Source of the DNA: Antedon mediterranea
Taxonomy: Eukaryota > Animalia > Echinodermata
Assembly: GCF_964355755.1 (NCBI RefSeq)
Contig: NC_092678.1
Coordinates: forward strand, 8,882,422-8,946,421
DNA: 64,000 bases
Direction: 5' to 3'
In this document: piece by piece, positions 39,062 to 52,224 of the stretch
Layout of the letters: every line of letters starts with the position of its first letter
How positions within the stretch are numbered: position 1 is the first letter of the stretch
The notes under the pieces: model-generated
Database searches by the model: none
What the model was told of the DNA's origin: nothing
Seen by the model: only the letters and a program-made list of their open reading frames with translations
Made by a program: the position numbers and the translations under genes

Positions 39062-40220
39062 TAGGTACGTGACATTATATTGACCACATCCCCAATAACA
39101 AGTATGTGGCGCTGTAGGTACGTGACATTATATTGACCACATACCCAATAACAAGTATGTGGCGCTGTAGGTACGTGACATTATATTGACCACATACCCA
39201 ATAACAGGTATGTGGCGCTGTAGGTACGTGACATTATATTGACCACATACCCAATAACAGGTATGTGGCGCTGTAGGTACGTGACATTATATTGACCACA
39301 TACCCAATAACAAGTATGTGGCGCTGTAGGTACGTGACATTATATTGACCACATACCCAATAACAAGTATGTGGCGCTGTAGGTACGTGACATTATATTG
39401 ACCATATACCCAATAACAAGTATGTGGCGCTGTAGGTACGTTACATTATATTGACAACATACCCAATAACAGGTATGTGGCGCTGTAGGTACGTGACATT
39501 ATATTGACCACATACCCAATAACAAGTATGTGGCGCTGTAGGTACGTGACATTATATTGACCACATACCCAATAACAAGTATGTGGCGCTGTAGGTACGT
39601 GACATTATATTGACCACATACCCAATAACAAGTATGTGGCGCTGTAGGTATGTGACATTATATTGACCACATACCCAATAACAAGTATGTGGCGCTGTAG
39701 GTACGTGACATTATATTGACCACATACCCAATAACAAGTATGTGGCGCTGTAGGTACGTGACATTATATTGACCACATACCCAATAACAAGTATGTGGCG
39801 CTGTAGGTACGTGACATTATATTGACCACATACCCAATAACAAGTATGTGGCGCTGTAGGTATGTGACATTATATTGACCACATACCCAATAACAAGTAT
39901 GTGGCGCTGTAGGTACGTGACATTATATTGACCACATACCCAATAACAAGTATGTGGCGCTGTAGGTACGTGACATTATATTGACCACATACCCAATAAC
40001 AAGTATGTGGCGCTGTAGGTACGTGACATTATATTGACCACATACCCAATAACAAGTATGTGGCGCTGTAGGTACGTGACATTATATTGACCACATACCC
40101 AATAACAAGTATGTGGCGCTGTAGGTACGTGATATTATATTGACCACATACCCAATAACAAGTGGCGCTGTAGGAACGTGACATTATATTGACCACATAC
40201 ACAATAACAAGTATGTGGCG
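39062..40220. repeat. 53-bp minisatellite, about 22 copies, each with an internal hairpin
   Basis: Unit TAGGTACGTGACATTATATTGACCACATACCCAATAACAAGTATGTGGCGCTG contains the inverted pair CCACATAC/GTATGTGG. Confidence 0.95.
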
Positions 40221-40502
40221 CAGCTGTATCACAGAACTATCAAAAGAAAAATTAACAAGAATCACAGATCACAGTATCTCGGAATCAGGTGGTTCAAATA
40301 CACCAAATGAATACTATTTAAAATTCCTTGCATATTTTAAATATTACTATTTAAGTTAACAACGCGTTGTACGTATGAATATGTATATATTATGAATATT
40401 ATATTTATTTATCATTTATTATTTATCATTGTCTGCAATTATTACCATTTCCTTGTCGTTTTGTCATTTTATTAAATAAACACATGTCTATTTTTGTTCT
40501 AG

Positions 40503-42018
40503 ATGGGAAAATTACTGGCAATAACAGTATCACTATGCATCATCGTCGTAGTAGAATCAATATGTAAGTCGTCTATTATTAGGGTCAGGGGATGTTGATG
40601 TATTATAAGCAAAGTAGTATTATTCAATAACCAGAACAAGTTTCGTGGGAACAGGATACGATGACGCATTTAAGGGATTTAAAAGTGTCGTTACTAGTAA
40701 AACACAATCACTGTAAGTCTATTAAAAGATTTTCCAGAAGAAACTTCTTTCTACCTCTAACTCTTACACGTCAGTATCTAAATAGATTTTGCAAAATGCA
40801 GAGTCCAAAAATATTTAAATTCACACTACTTCATCTACCAATATCATGATAGACCGTCATATAGTGCATGTATCTGGCTCGATAGGCCCTACAGGTCATA
40901 TGTGACAATGATACACATGTAGCACACTGGACAAATTGTGCTGCATGTCGTGACGTAGTTTGGCTGTACCTGAAAACCAGCCATAATAATAATCTTAAAA
41001 TTGTATGCTATTTTGTTATCTAGTTACATGTGACAAAATCTGCCCAAGACGAAGAGTTAGAGTTTGTGACCAGAACGGTGTTCGATATCGAAATCTCTGC
41101 GAATTTCAGAAGGCAAAGAAGTGTTTTGGGGGAGATCCACGACTAATCAAGAACAATTGCAATAAATTTGGTAAACTTGCTTTTATGTATCTAAATTAAC
41201 ATTATCACTATCATAATCCTCATCATTATCATAGCATCGGATTATCAAATAGCAATCTCTATTATACTACTTTTTCTGATTATAGAACAAAATCAGCAAG
41301 TTAACGTAGCAAACTGTGCTTTGTCATCAAGTGAAGAAATGCCAGCAGGATGCCGAAGGAAACATGGCAATAAAAAGATACCATGTAAGACACTGTCTGT
41401 TATTAATAACAATTATTTCTATCTGTTTTAAATGTTTGAAGGTGACATATTAATCTACAAACAGTACCATGTAATATGTTTTATGTGGAGCCAAAAACGT
41501 ATTATTGTTTTAAATAGATATTTCCTGTATTTTGCATGATTCTGAAACAGTAATCTGTTTTATAATTCTTATAATCTTTTCAATGTTTGTTTTTCTTGTT
41601 GCTAAATTGTCTCTTTGGCACTAATAGGTTTCAGGTGTCTATAGATAATGTTAACACTTATTTATAGAGATATGAAAATGATAGCAAACAAATATTCTTA
41701 TCTTTTTTATTTAAAACAGAATATATGATGTTATCTATTTCCATTCATTCTTATTTAGTTGTGACTAAAGTACCAGTGATTCCAACAACCGAAGCAACCG
41801 CAGGTGTGTACTGTGAAGAAAACTGCCCTCTAGTATTCGAACCCGTTTGTGGAAGTGACGGAATTACTTATCCATCGAGATGTGTTCTGGATGCTCTGTC
41901 ATGTTCAAGAGAAAGGGAAGCCATCCTAAGTGGACAGACCAATCACATCAAACTAATACCTGTATCCGTCGGTCAATGTCCAATTCCTTCTGCTAATCCA
42001 ACACCGATAATAGGCTAA
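40503..42018 (+). CDS. Gene E: secreted two-Kazal protein (about 188 aa)
   Basis: Exons: 40503-40563 (signal MGKLLAITVSLCIIVVVES), 41024-41170 (Kazal CDKICPRRRVRVCDQNG), 41286-41384 (99 nt), 41759-42018 (Kazal CEENCPLVFEPVCGSDG). All introns are phase 1, total 567 nt. A probable 5' UTR exon donor lies at 37946. Confidence 0.85.
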
Positions 42019-42726
42019 CTAAAGTTAACATGAAAATGCAGCTACTGGATAGTTGCTAATAAAATTGAATGGTTTTCTTTGTAAAAAAACTATAAATCTA
42101 GACTGATTGTTATCCTAGATTCATTTAAATAAAATAGGCTAAAAGCCCATTCATACTATGACTATAACAATCGACGATAAATAGATAAACGTATATTTTA
42201 CATGCATAAAAGAAAAAAGGAAATTTAAAAAGATTTCTTCATTCTTCATTTCTTTTGTTTTAAGTAGGGAAATGTATATTTATCTAGTAAGTAATCGTTG
42301 ATTGTTACCGTCCTAGTATAAATGGCCTTAAGTTGCACAGTAATTGTAAAGTGTTGAACTTCTGTCTTCAGTACTACCGTATTAATTGATTTACTTGCCT
42401 TCAGCATGAATGTTTTCAGCTGCTGACAAGGCATTACGAGCCCATTGAAAAAGTAGCCACTATCCCTCTAGTGGGACATCTATTTCGGTAATGCATGGAT
42501 GGACATAAATACAAGGGAAAATTGGTAATTAAATAATGTTATTCTTAAATATTAAAATATCGGTTAATTAATATATGTTTGAAGTTGAAGTTAGGTTGAC
42601 AGTTGGACGCAACACAATATGGTAGACGCACAACGTATCAAAGCAAAGCTCAGTAAGAAAATACCCTTGCGTGTCACAAGTGAAAACCGCAAAAAGGCTG
42701 CAAAATATTTCAGGAGGGTAATCCAC

Positions 42727-43170
42727 GGAGTGTTGACAAAGTGCGAAGCAGCGAGGCAAGTGCGGTATGCGAGGCAAGCGCGGTATGCGAGGCACGCCAA
42801 ATATTTGTGTGAGGCATCATTTTATCTAGTTTACAATTTCAAATTATATTATGCTATATTATAGGCCTAATAATCAATTATTCAATAATTAATTATTTTT
42901 ATAATAGGCCTAGCGTATCTAAATAGATTCGTGTATACACTCATCATGTTGTTTATTTTTATGTAATGATTGTTTTTTTTTTCATTCAAGTCATATCGTT
43001 TGAAATTTGTCTGTCAATGTCGGTGATTTCCTGACTCGCACTTTTAGGAAATGATAAAATGCCTCGCATTTTTTGATGATGGTAAAACGATGCCTCGCAT
43101 AAATGTCTTACTTGCCTCGCTTGCCTTGCCTGCCTCGCGTGCCTCGTTGCCTCGCACTTTGTTACTACCC
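42727..43170. mobile_element. MITE with an 8-bp TSD (Merlin- or hAT-like)
   Basis: TSD TAATCCAC at 42719-42726 and 43171-43178. Imperfect TIRs start with GG (ACAAAGTGCGA...), with subterminal GCGAGGCA repeats. Confidence 0.8.
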
Positions 43171-44758
43171 TAATCCACGTGGTATTTCAGCAACATTGTA
43201 CCTACTTTCTGTAATTCGTTCCTTTGCTTTTGTAAATTAAATTCATAATGCCAAATAAAAAATCTCCTCATAACATTTCTCTAGAAAAAATTAAAAGGTA
43301 TATATAGGATTTATTTGTCATGATATTGAACGATTTAGCACCTAAATTATGTTCATATACATGGTCTAAAATTGGATTTACCAATCATGTTCCAAAATAG
43401 GCGCCATTTTGAAATTCAATATATTGACCGCCGCCAAAAAAAAATGTAGTATAGTACCTGTGCTCTTCAGTCCGAATCCTGTATTTTACTACTAAATATA
43501 TAATACTGTAGTAGTACGAGGTACAAATTGTGTCATGACGGACATCCACTCAGACACCAGAAAAGTTTTAAGCTCGATATTTGGAAAAAGGGACGATCAC
43601 TCTAGCGGTAGACCAAGTCCACTAGCAGGAGTCTCTCTGGGAACATCGTCATCAGCAGTAAAGCTAAAGAAACATAGAGTGGCGGGAAAGATACAAACCA
43701 AAGACATCCACTGGAGGTAAGCGGAAGGTAAGACCAAAATGTAACCATGTAGTCAAAATGAACGACTTAACAATTAATTTAAGAAACGGAAAAGATTATT
43801 GAGGCCACCTCAATTCATAGTCTAATGACCTGTCACCAAGCAAACTATGAGGATGGTTAATATGTCTTAATATTACTTATTACAGACAGGCTATAAAGGC
43901 TCAGGCTAAAAGCTAAAAAAAATGTACGTACTGTTATTGTGAATTGAGCAAGCGTGACGAACATTACCTTGTTTGGTATTCTACGCGTAAAGTTCGCCCT
44001 CAATGTGTTACTATACCCGGTCCGACTGTGACTAAGAAATGGTCTAACAGGGGTGGCTTTAGTAAGACCAACCATCTGATAAAGCCGGCTTTAATCTGGG
44101 AGTTCAGACTATCTGTTTTATATAGTAATTTTTCATTTAATTTACGCCACACAGAATATATCTCCTTCAGACATGCACAGACTGTTGCTCTCCAATACAC
44201 TGTATTTCACTAGTTCCCGGTCCTCAGGAATTACAGATTTATAGTGGCCTGGCTAGGTCGCTTATTGTTTTTTCTGACCTTTTTTTATTGTTGTTTGGCC
44301 AAATAAATAAATGAAAATGAAATTAAACTTATAGCGGCAAAGTTAGCGTCACCTGTAAATGTAGGTTCGCCAATGGAAACGGTGATTGCAAATACTGATA
44401 AAAGTAAACTTGAGGAGAAAATTGTAGAATGAAAACTACCACTTGAGTGAACACTAATAATTGATTGTTAAATGATGACGCCCTCTATTTGATTGTATTA
44501 TTATAGGCCTAATTACAAGCCTAATATTAGATTTATTGCATAACCTAGAATTGATTATGATAGAATACTATATTTTACTTTATACGCCTTTTTCAACGAC
44601 AAGGAGGACATCTTCGATCGAATACAATCCATGCTGTTCAATGAAGCAAAAAGGACAATTTACACAGACGAACCGGTATGCGAAAAAACGCGCAGCTTGT
44701 TCTCTGTATCTATCGTGAGCTATCAACCACCCGCCGTCCGCTCCGTGTTTTTTGTAAA

Positions 44759-45635
44759 CTAGATGGTACGCGACCATAATAAAGTTTGAACGGGCTCTGT
44801 GATGTTATCTAACTTCTAGAAAACCAAGAATAATGTATTTATGCACTGATTGATTACGGCAGAAAAGCTTGGAAGAGAGACGGGAATGTTCCATCAACTC
44901 ATTTGAATAAGAGAGACGGGAATGTTCCATCAACTCATTGGAATAAGAGAGACGGGAATGTTCCATCAACTCATTTGAATAAGAGAGACGGGAATGTTCC
45001 ATCAACTCATTTGAATAAGAGAGACGGGAATGTTCCATCAACTCATTTGAATAAGAGAGGCGGGAATGTTCCATCAACTCATTTGAATAAGAGAGACGGG
45101 AATGTTCCATCAACTCATTTGAATAAGAGAGACGGGAATGTTCCATCAACTCATTTGAATAAGAGAGACGGGAATGTTCCATCAACTCATTTGAATAAGA
45201 GAGACGGGAATGTTCCATCAACTCATTTGAATAAGAGAGACGGGAATGTTCCATCAACTCATTTGAATAAGCGCATATTCTAGCTATTAAAATATTTATA
45301 ATTTCTGTATTTTGTTCAACATTATGATGTTCTACTCGAGCTGTTTAACCGGATTTCAGCTATTGAAAACAATTATTGTAAAGGGACGTGTTATTCTGTG
45401 CGGGTATCTTTCAGCATCGACATCCATTAGATAGTGTATACCACGATCGAAAAACACCCCTATTCGAGGAAAATCGTTGAACCTAAATTCATGTTAATCG
45501 TCAATAACTAATTATCAAACTCAATGAGTAAACAGGTTTACATTAGTTGATTAAATCAGTAACGAAAGTACGAACCAACTTTATATACTATAGAGTAAAC
45601 ATTCTACAATTTTGCCATTACATATATTTGTATAA
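44759..45635 (-). mobile_element. Helitron copy 4 carrying an internal 36-bp satellite
   Basis: CTAGATGGTACGCGA at 44759 is the reverse complement of the copy 1 3' end, and 45310-45635 matches the copy 1 5' region. Confidence 0.75.
44872..45271. repeat. 36-bp minisatellite, about 11 copies
   Basis: Unit GAATAAGAGAGACGGGAATGTTCCATCAACTCATTT. Confidence 0.95.
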
Positions 45636-47225
45636 ATGTAGGCCAAGATGATCATAACATAGATTCTATATTGTTTGTTTTTCGCTTACCGTTACAGCTT
45701 CTTTTTATTTCTCTCTTTCGTAGCGTAAACCACCACTTTCTTAATATCATAATCAATACATTCAACATTAATCAGTAATATTTTTCTTTTAGTTACACAT
45801 CTTCATATATGTTATTTCTTTATATTCTATTATTTTCCTCCATTTTTTAGTTTTTGCGCCGCGCCTTTAGGCAGTTATATTCAAGAGAATGGAATCATTA
45901 GGAAACTGTATCACATGCAAAGCTTTAGTACTGCGACTTGACCGTTTTGTGAATGTGTAAACTCGACTAATTTATAGGTCTATGCTCGACTCAAAAGCAA
46001 GTCTGAGAAATCTAAAATCAAAATACCTATACTTGAAGATACGGTATTAATATTTATCCAGATAGTAATGAGAATAATATAATATAACATTTTTGCAAAT
46101 CCCCTTTTAAATTTAAAATATGTATTTAATGTTTTAAACAGTGTGATAACTCCCCTTTGATGTTTCCATTTCCAGCAGAATACCCATGAAATGCCCCATG
46201 CCCTATAAACTGTATTCTTCATTTGTTTTAATAATGTGTTTAGTAGTTTTTAATTCTTTAGTACAGTATTGTGTAGGCCCTATAGGGGGTACGCATAATA
46301 GGTGCCTGTTATATATTATATATTGTGTGCTATTGAAATAAACATTTGCTCAAAATATAAGAAAACCCGCTCGAAAAAGAAACACCAATTCTTCAAATCA
46401 TAAAGGTAATGTATTTTATGAAATTTCAACTTTAAATTCGTAACAACACTAAAATCATCGTAAACGCGCTTCATGTTAAAACTCAAAATGTTAACTTTCG
46501 GGGGCCTGGAGCGGCTCTAAACAGTTTTCGTGCGGCCCAAAACGAACTTTACAAACGTCATATTTGTTTCAACTTTGCATAAGAATCGTATGAAACGTTG
46601 AAAATTATTCAAAAACCAGCCTTAAACGTCAAACAATGACACGTGTATGTTTTTAAAACTATTTTTATCTGCAACAATTGTTACTATACTATAATATTAA
46701 TATACACACTTTAAAAACATTTCTCAAAAACAATCACTTAAATGCAATACTCGGCAAATAATTCGCATTTAAGTAACGTGGACAGCGTGTCTATGCAATA
46801 TATTTTGCTTATCATCTTTTTTCGGTAGATTTTAAAAGATCAAACAATAATTTTTTCAATTTTTTATTTTTTAATCATAGAGTGATGTAGGCTAATCATT
46901 TTATTGCGCAAATTATGTCCATATGACTTTCCGTTAAATAACTTTTTCTTTTTGAAATCACGACTACAATCTTAAACAATCCACAACAATAGACACGACA
47001 TCTCTTAATATTGACAATACTGTATGCTAATAACTGAAACGCTGTAGTGTTTCTATTGATTGATTGGTGATCTATTGATTGAAGCATATAGACCTGTCAG
47101 CATGTAATAGTAATAATATTATCGAACAAATTACCAAGTATGATAAAAGTACTGAGAGTGATGTATTTAGAAAATTAGTTTTAAACAATCTCGCATCGAA
47201 ACGACATAGCATCTAAATTTAATTT

Positions 47226-47322
47226 GTAGTCGCGTGCAACGCGACTCTACAGCTCACTATGTCGGTCAGTCGGTAAACACTAACTTGAGCACGCGACTGC
47301 AGCCATGTATATGGCCTTGTCT
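47226..47322 (+). mobile_element. Minimal DINE-1/HINE-like element (about 95 bp)
   Basis: 5' AGTCGCGTGC plus partial inverted ACGCGACT, GTCG microsatellite, 3' GCACGCGACT and hairpin GCCATGTATATGGC. Confidence 0.7.
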
Positions 47323-47724
47323 TCTTTATTTAAACTTTGTTTTAGCTCAATCAAGGACTCCAATGTGAGTTAATGGTTTTGAACGATCCAGAATCACTTT
47401 GTCCCCCTTTTATTTATCTTTTTATGAATTTTTAACAGTTTTTGAATATTTTAGAAATATTTTAAACATAGTTTTTACGGTTTTAAATGTTTGTGTTGTG
47501 TTCATTCATGCATGAAATGTGCCAATAGAGGGAAGTTGTCAATACTATACTAGCATGAAACATGGAATACACACCAGTGTGATGAATGGCGTGCACGATG
47601 GAGTTTCCATGATTAATACACATAATGAATGAAAGTACAATGGTACAAATCATTTCATGAGGTGAAAGATGAATGCCTATTTTTCTCGAGGGGAAGAAAA
47701 GATCTTCTTTAAAGAGTCATGAGA

Positions 47725-48625
47725 AATCAAATCAAATCAAATCAAATCTTTATTCGTTCCATATAAAATAAATTGTACATGGAAAAATTGTTTTCCTCGA
47801 CAGAAAAATATGGTAAAACATTCATAATTACATCATACATAGAACAAATTTACAATTTAAAAACATTAATTAAAACATCCATCAACAGTAAAACTTTAAA
47901 ATATATATTGCATGTGCGCTATTATGATCTAACAATCTTTGAGTTAAACATATGAGTTGAATTTGGTACAAAAGACAGTCGGTTTCTTGACGTATCAGCT
48001 CTAGGAACCCGTAACCGGCCTGACTTGTTCTTAAAATATCTCATATGTAATGGATGTTTCTTATCTTCTAAAATTTTACTTAATTTACTTAGGACCTGTT
48101 TTTCATAAAGATATTTTAAATCATTAACCGTACAACCAATTATATTTGATGCTATCTTAGTAATTCTAATGAGACCTTTCTTGTGTGTTTCATTTAAATT
48201 ACCGAACCAAGCAATAAAAGAGATAACTAGTACTGATTGAATAACTGTTTCATAGAATAATTTTAAAGTACCACAGCTAACATTAAATTTATTTAGCTTT
48301 CTTAGGAAAAATAACCTTTGGTGACCTTTCTTAATTATCTCGGCCGTATTTTTTTCAAAACTAAGTTGATCATCAATATGTGTACCAAGATATTTGGTTT
48401 CATGAACACGTTCAATTGTCTGATCATTAACTATCAGATAATTTTTTTCTTTTTTCTTTTTCCTAAAATCCCATATAATTTCTTTAGTTTATTAAAATTA
48501 ATCTTAAGGTAATTGTCATTGCATCATGACATTAATTTAACATATTCAGCCTTATACACATGATCGTCAGCATTTTTCAATAGACCAATCAGTACCATGT
48601 CATCTGCGTATTTGATTATATGACT
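47725..48625 (-). mobile_element. 5'-truncated LINE (Rex1/Babar-like) RT fragment
   Basis: The minus strand encodes KYADDMVLIGLL, YLGTHIDDQL and QRLFFLRKLNKF, and ends in AATAAA plus a (GATTT)n tail. Confidence 0.8.
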
Positions 48626-51600
48626 ATAGTGTTCCAGAGAAAAGTGTTGTGATTGGTATAACGGCAGTCATACAAGCATCACAAACAAATTTGAAATCAT
48701 AACACTCAAGATTGCTCCAAACTATTGATTATCAGATTTTAACTATAATTATTATTCATAGTTTTTAACTATTTCATAATAGATCATCTTTTTTCCATCA
48801 AGGGGAGCGTACTGATCGTCAATGACAGATAACATGTTCTATTTGCCTTTATGACAACCTTTCTCATCATTTAGCAAACAATATACCTAGATAAAAAGAG
48901 CAAGGGTCATTAACACACCCTAATCATTGATAAATTGATGAAATCAATCTTCAAACAATAACTTGAAGTTAAGTGACAATGTGTAGCAATGGCGTCGAGA
49001 TATTCGATTAAGATATTGAAATGAAATAGTAAAATAGTTTTTCTTCTTCTGGCGTTTCTCGCGCTTTCTTCTTCTCCTGCTAGATTGTGCTACAAGTAAA
49101 TACGATTCTCTATTTATTTATTTGTATTCATTTACTGGCATTATCAATGTTGATTATGATTATGTCTTTGAAAAAAAGTTTCCGGTCCGTTTTTGTTGAT
49201 CCTATGTTTAAAACTGTAACAATTAATCCAAGCAAGCGTGCTGGGTTAGTGTTTGCTCCTGAAAATTGTATACCAACCAGTATATGTTTTGTTTTGTATC
49301 CAAATTCTGGCTAGAGAAATCAAATAATTCTGAAGTATAATGCATGACGCTCATGTGTGAGTTATGGGTACGCGTCTATCTGCTCTATGTGTTATTAATA
49401 ATAAAATATTATTGTTATTTAATATTAATACTTTTTATTGATAAGATTTTCTTATAATAAAACCACGATGTTTTTAAATTGACTGATTCATATGAATGTA
49501 ACAATGGGTCTTTCGTCACACTGACCGAATTGTCGCACTTTGTAATAACTGCACTCTTGTTTTTAAACAAGGATTCAAAACAGCCCTGCTAGTCTCCTAT
49601 AATTTTTTAATATTCATTTTTTTTTTATATTATGTCTTTAGGCAATGTGACCAAAGATTACCAATAGTGAATTGATCACTGTCCTATCAGATATGTGGTA
49701 AATCCTCTGATACAGGGGTTATTTTGTGAATCAGTTCACCGGGGTAACCCCCTACTTCTTTCGAATAATGAACTGGGTTCTTTAAAGTGCATACAGGCTA
49801 TAACTGTGTAGACTGGACCTACAGTTTATAGTCCTATCCGAAAAGACTGTTCCACAACCAGAACTAGGAGCGAGTCGGCCTTGAATGCAAATGTTGTTGG
49901 CTCTTATAGGTAGGGTAAACGGCGCCTCTACCTTAACCGCTCGGTCATATGACCCGTTTGAATAAAATAAAATACATGTTTCCTGAAATACCACCCGATT
50001 CTCACTGTTGCATCCTTTTTATTAACAAATTGAAATCATTTTCGTTTTGAAAACTTTCTTTTAAATGAAAGACTTAGCATACATATTATGTATAACAAAC
50101 ATTGGTATCAAAGGTAACAACGTTAGGTTAATGTCATTGCACAGACAACAACAAAACAAACATTTGATAATGTCTTTATTATCATAGCATAAACCAGGTG
50201 CACCGACACTGATGTTTTACACTGCAGTACGTATAATATATGTACATAAATATTTTGCTTTTGTTTACTGACCAGGAGTAGATCCAAGTGGGGGCCCATC
50301 CGGGCCGTTCCCCCTAAATTTCGCAAATTGTAATGCAAAAGATAGGATATCAAATTACGCTCAGCCCTTCAATTCACCCTTAGGCCTTGGCGCGTCACCG
50401 TACCATAGAGATTTCAAAATTCTGCATCCGCCACTGTTAACACTAAAAAAATACCATTTATCGTTTAATTAGTTATCAAACCATTGCGTGGTTTAGAATT
50501 TATTCTGTGCCTGTCAATTTATACTATAAAATGGAATGAGATATGAGTAACACTACATAGAAATAAGATGAAGTAGTTTAAGATTACCATAATATCAAGG
50601 AAGAGTGAGATTAACAAATTGTAATATATCAAATAAAGGGAGCAATACCTTTATATACCGTAGTATAGGTAAAATATAATTGTTTTAAATGTACATAATG
50701 AAATTGTATGTACAATTTAAAATAAAGGAAATATAAATGAAAACATTACAAGTTATTTAGACACTCTGTGCATGGCGGTATGTGCATTGAGGTATGTTCA
50801 TCTCTGTGTTAACTATGTTATTGTGTGACACGCTCAAAATAGAAAAACAGGTACTTTGTTTTGTTGTCATGCGGACATTGATGATTATTAACATCCACAA
50901 AACTAGACTAATATTAATAGTCGTCAAAGACAATTCCTTCTTCCGATATATTATATTTTTATAAAATGTATTCAAGTGGAAGAAATATCACTATGAACTT
51001 CAATGTGCCAAACGTAAACGGCACATAAATACTACTGTTCTTTCTATTTAATTAGTAAATTAGAGCTAAAGCGGACAACTTCCACAGTCACCCGACAATT
51101 GTTTTACAATTAACATAACTTATATAAAATACTGAAATTCTTTTTAATGACTGAATATATGATTTTCAAATAATATACATAATAAATTATATAACTTCAA
51201 AGGCAAATTACTGGAAAATGACAATGGGTCTCAGTGGATGGATCTCAGTGAAGATACAAGATAATAAACAAAATGCTAAATCAAAACGATAAAGTAAAAC
51301 AGCCAGAAAATTGGCAGAGCTTTCGGGTAACACTGGCTGGGTTCCAGACGATGTTTTGACTTAATTATTAGAAAAAAATCGACACGCCCACCGGACTAAC
51401 AAAAAAAGACAACATACAGACTTGTGGCAAGTCTAGGGTAACTAGCTCTAACTAGCCCTTCATCGGTGCAAGTGAGATTACTTGATAATTGAGAATATAA
51501 AGCATTCTCATTGACTGTTTAAAACATGTCTTTAAAATGCTGACTGACTCCGCTCTGCACACGTGGATTTGTAAGTAATTGTTTATGTATGTTTACTCCA

Positions 51601-52224
51601 GTGATACGACTTGTAACGTTGAGGGCGCATGACTTAATTCGTATGTTTGAAACAGCTGTGAAGCGCTGCCTGAGTGGACTGGAATAAAAGAAATAAAATA
51701 AAGGAGGCTTAAATTTATGTTGTCACTTGAATAATTGTACCGATCTTGGATTGTGTTTTAATGTCCTAATGTTAAGTTATAAATAATTTTAATACATAGG
51801 AAAGTATAAGGCTCACTTAGTATAGAACGCGAACACGAAATATTGTTCATGTGTGCTAGAGAAAGTTTGTACTTTAATTCATTGGCCGAAACTGTCATAA
51901 GCAGCCATCTCCTTTAAGTCTGATGGTAAAATTACGTCATAAATGATTATTAAGAAGTTATAAGGACGTCCTCTATATGATATTATGGTTTACGTAATGT
52001 TCAACGCAGTCACAGGTAATTGTACAAAGGAAGCGTGATAGATAATAATAGGCATATCTGTAGGTGAGGAAAATAAAGTCCAAAGTTCAAGACACCCTTA
52101 TATCAGAATTTTGTGACATATTACAGTGATATAAACGATTTACCAATCATACCGTAAACATCGTTCATTGAAGACAGAACTATCTTGAGAACGCAAATCG
52201 ATTCTGTTGTTGTTATTAGTAAGC

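Noticed and set aside
39062-40220. CRISPR-like array of palindromic repeats
   Set aside because: Units are contiguous with no unique spacers, there are no cas genes, and the context is eukaryotic.
42568-42864. Arg/Ala-rich repetitive ORFs
   Set aside because: They come from the subterminal GCGAGGCA repeats of a MITE.
44805-45283. Neuropeptide precursor (KR-flanked repeats) or the minus-strand 150-aa repeat ORF
   Set aside because: No signal peptide or ATG on the plus frame, almost no synonymous variation, and the unit derives from Helitron sequence.
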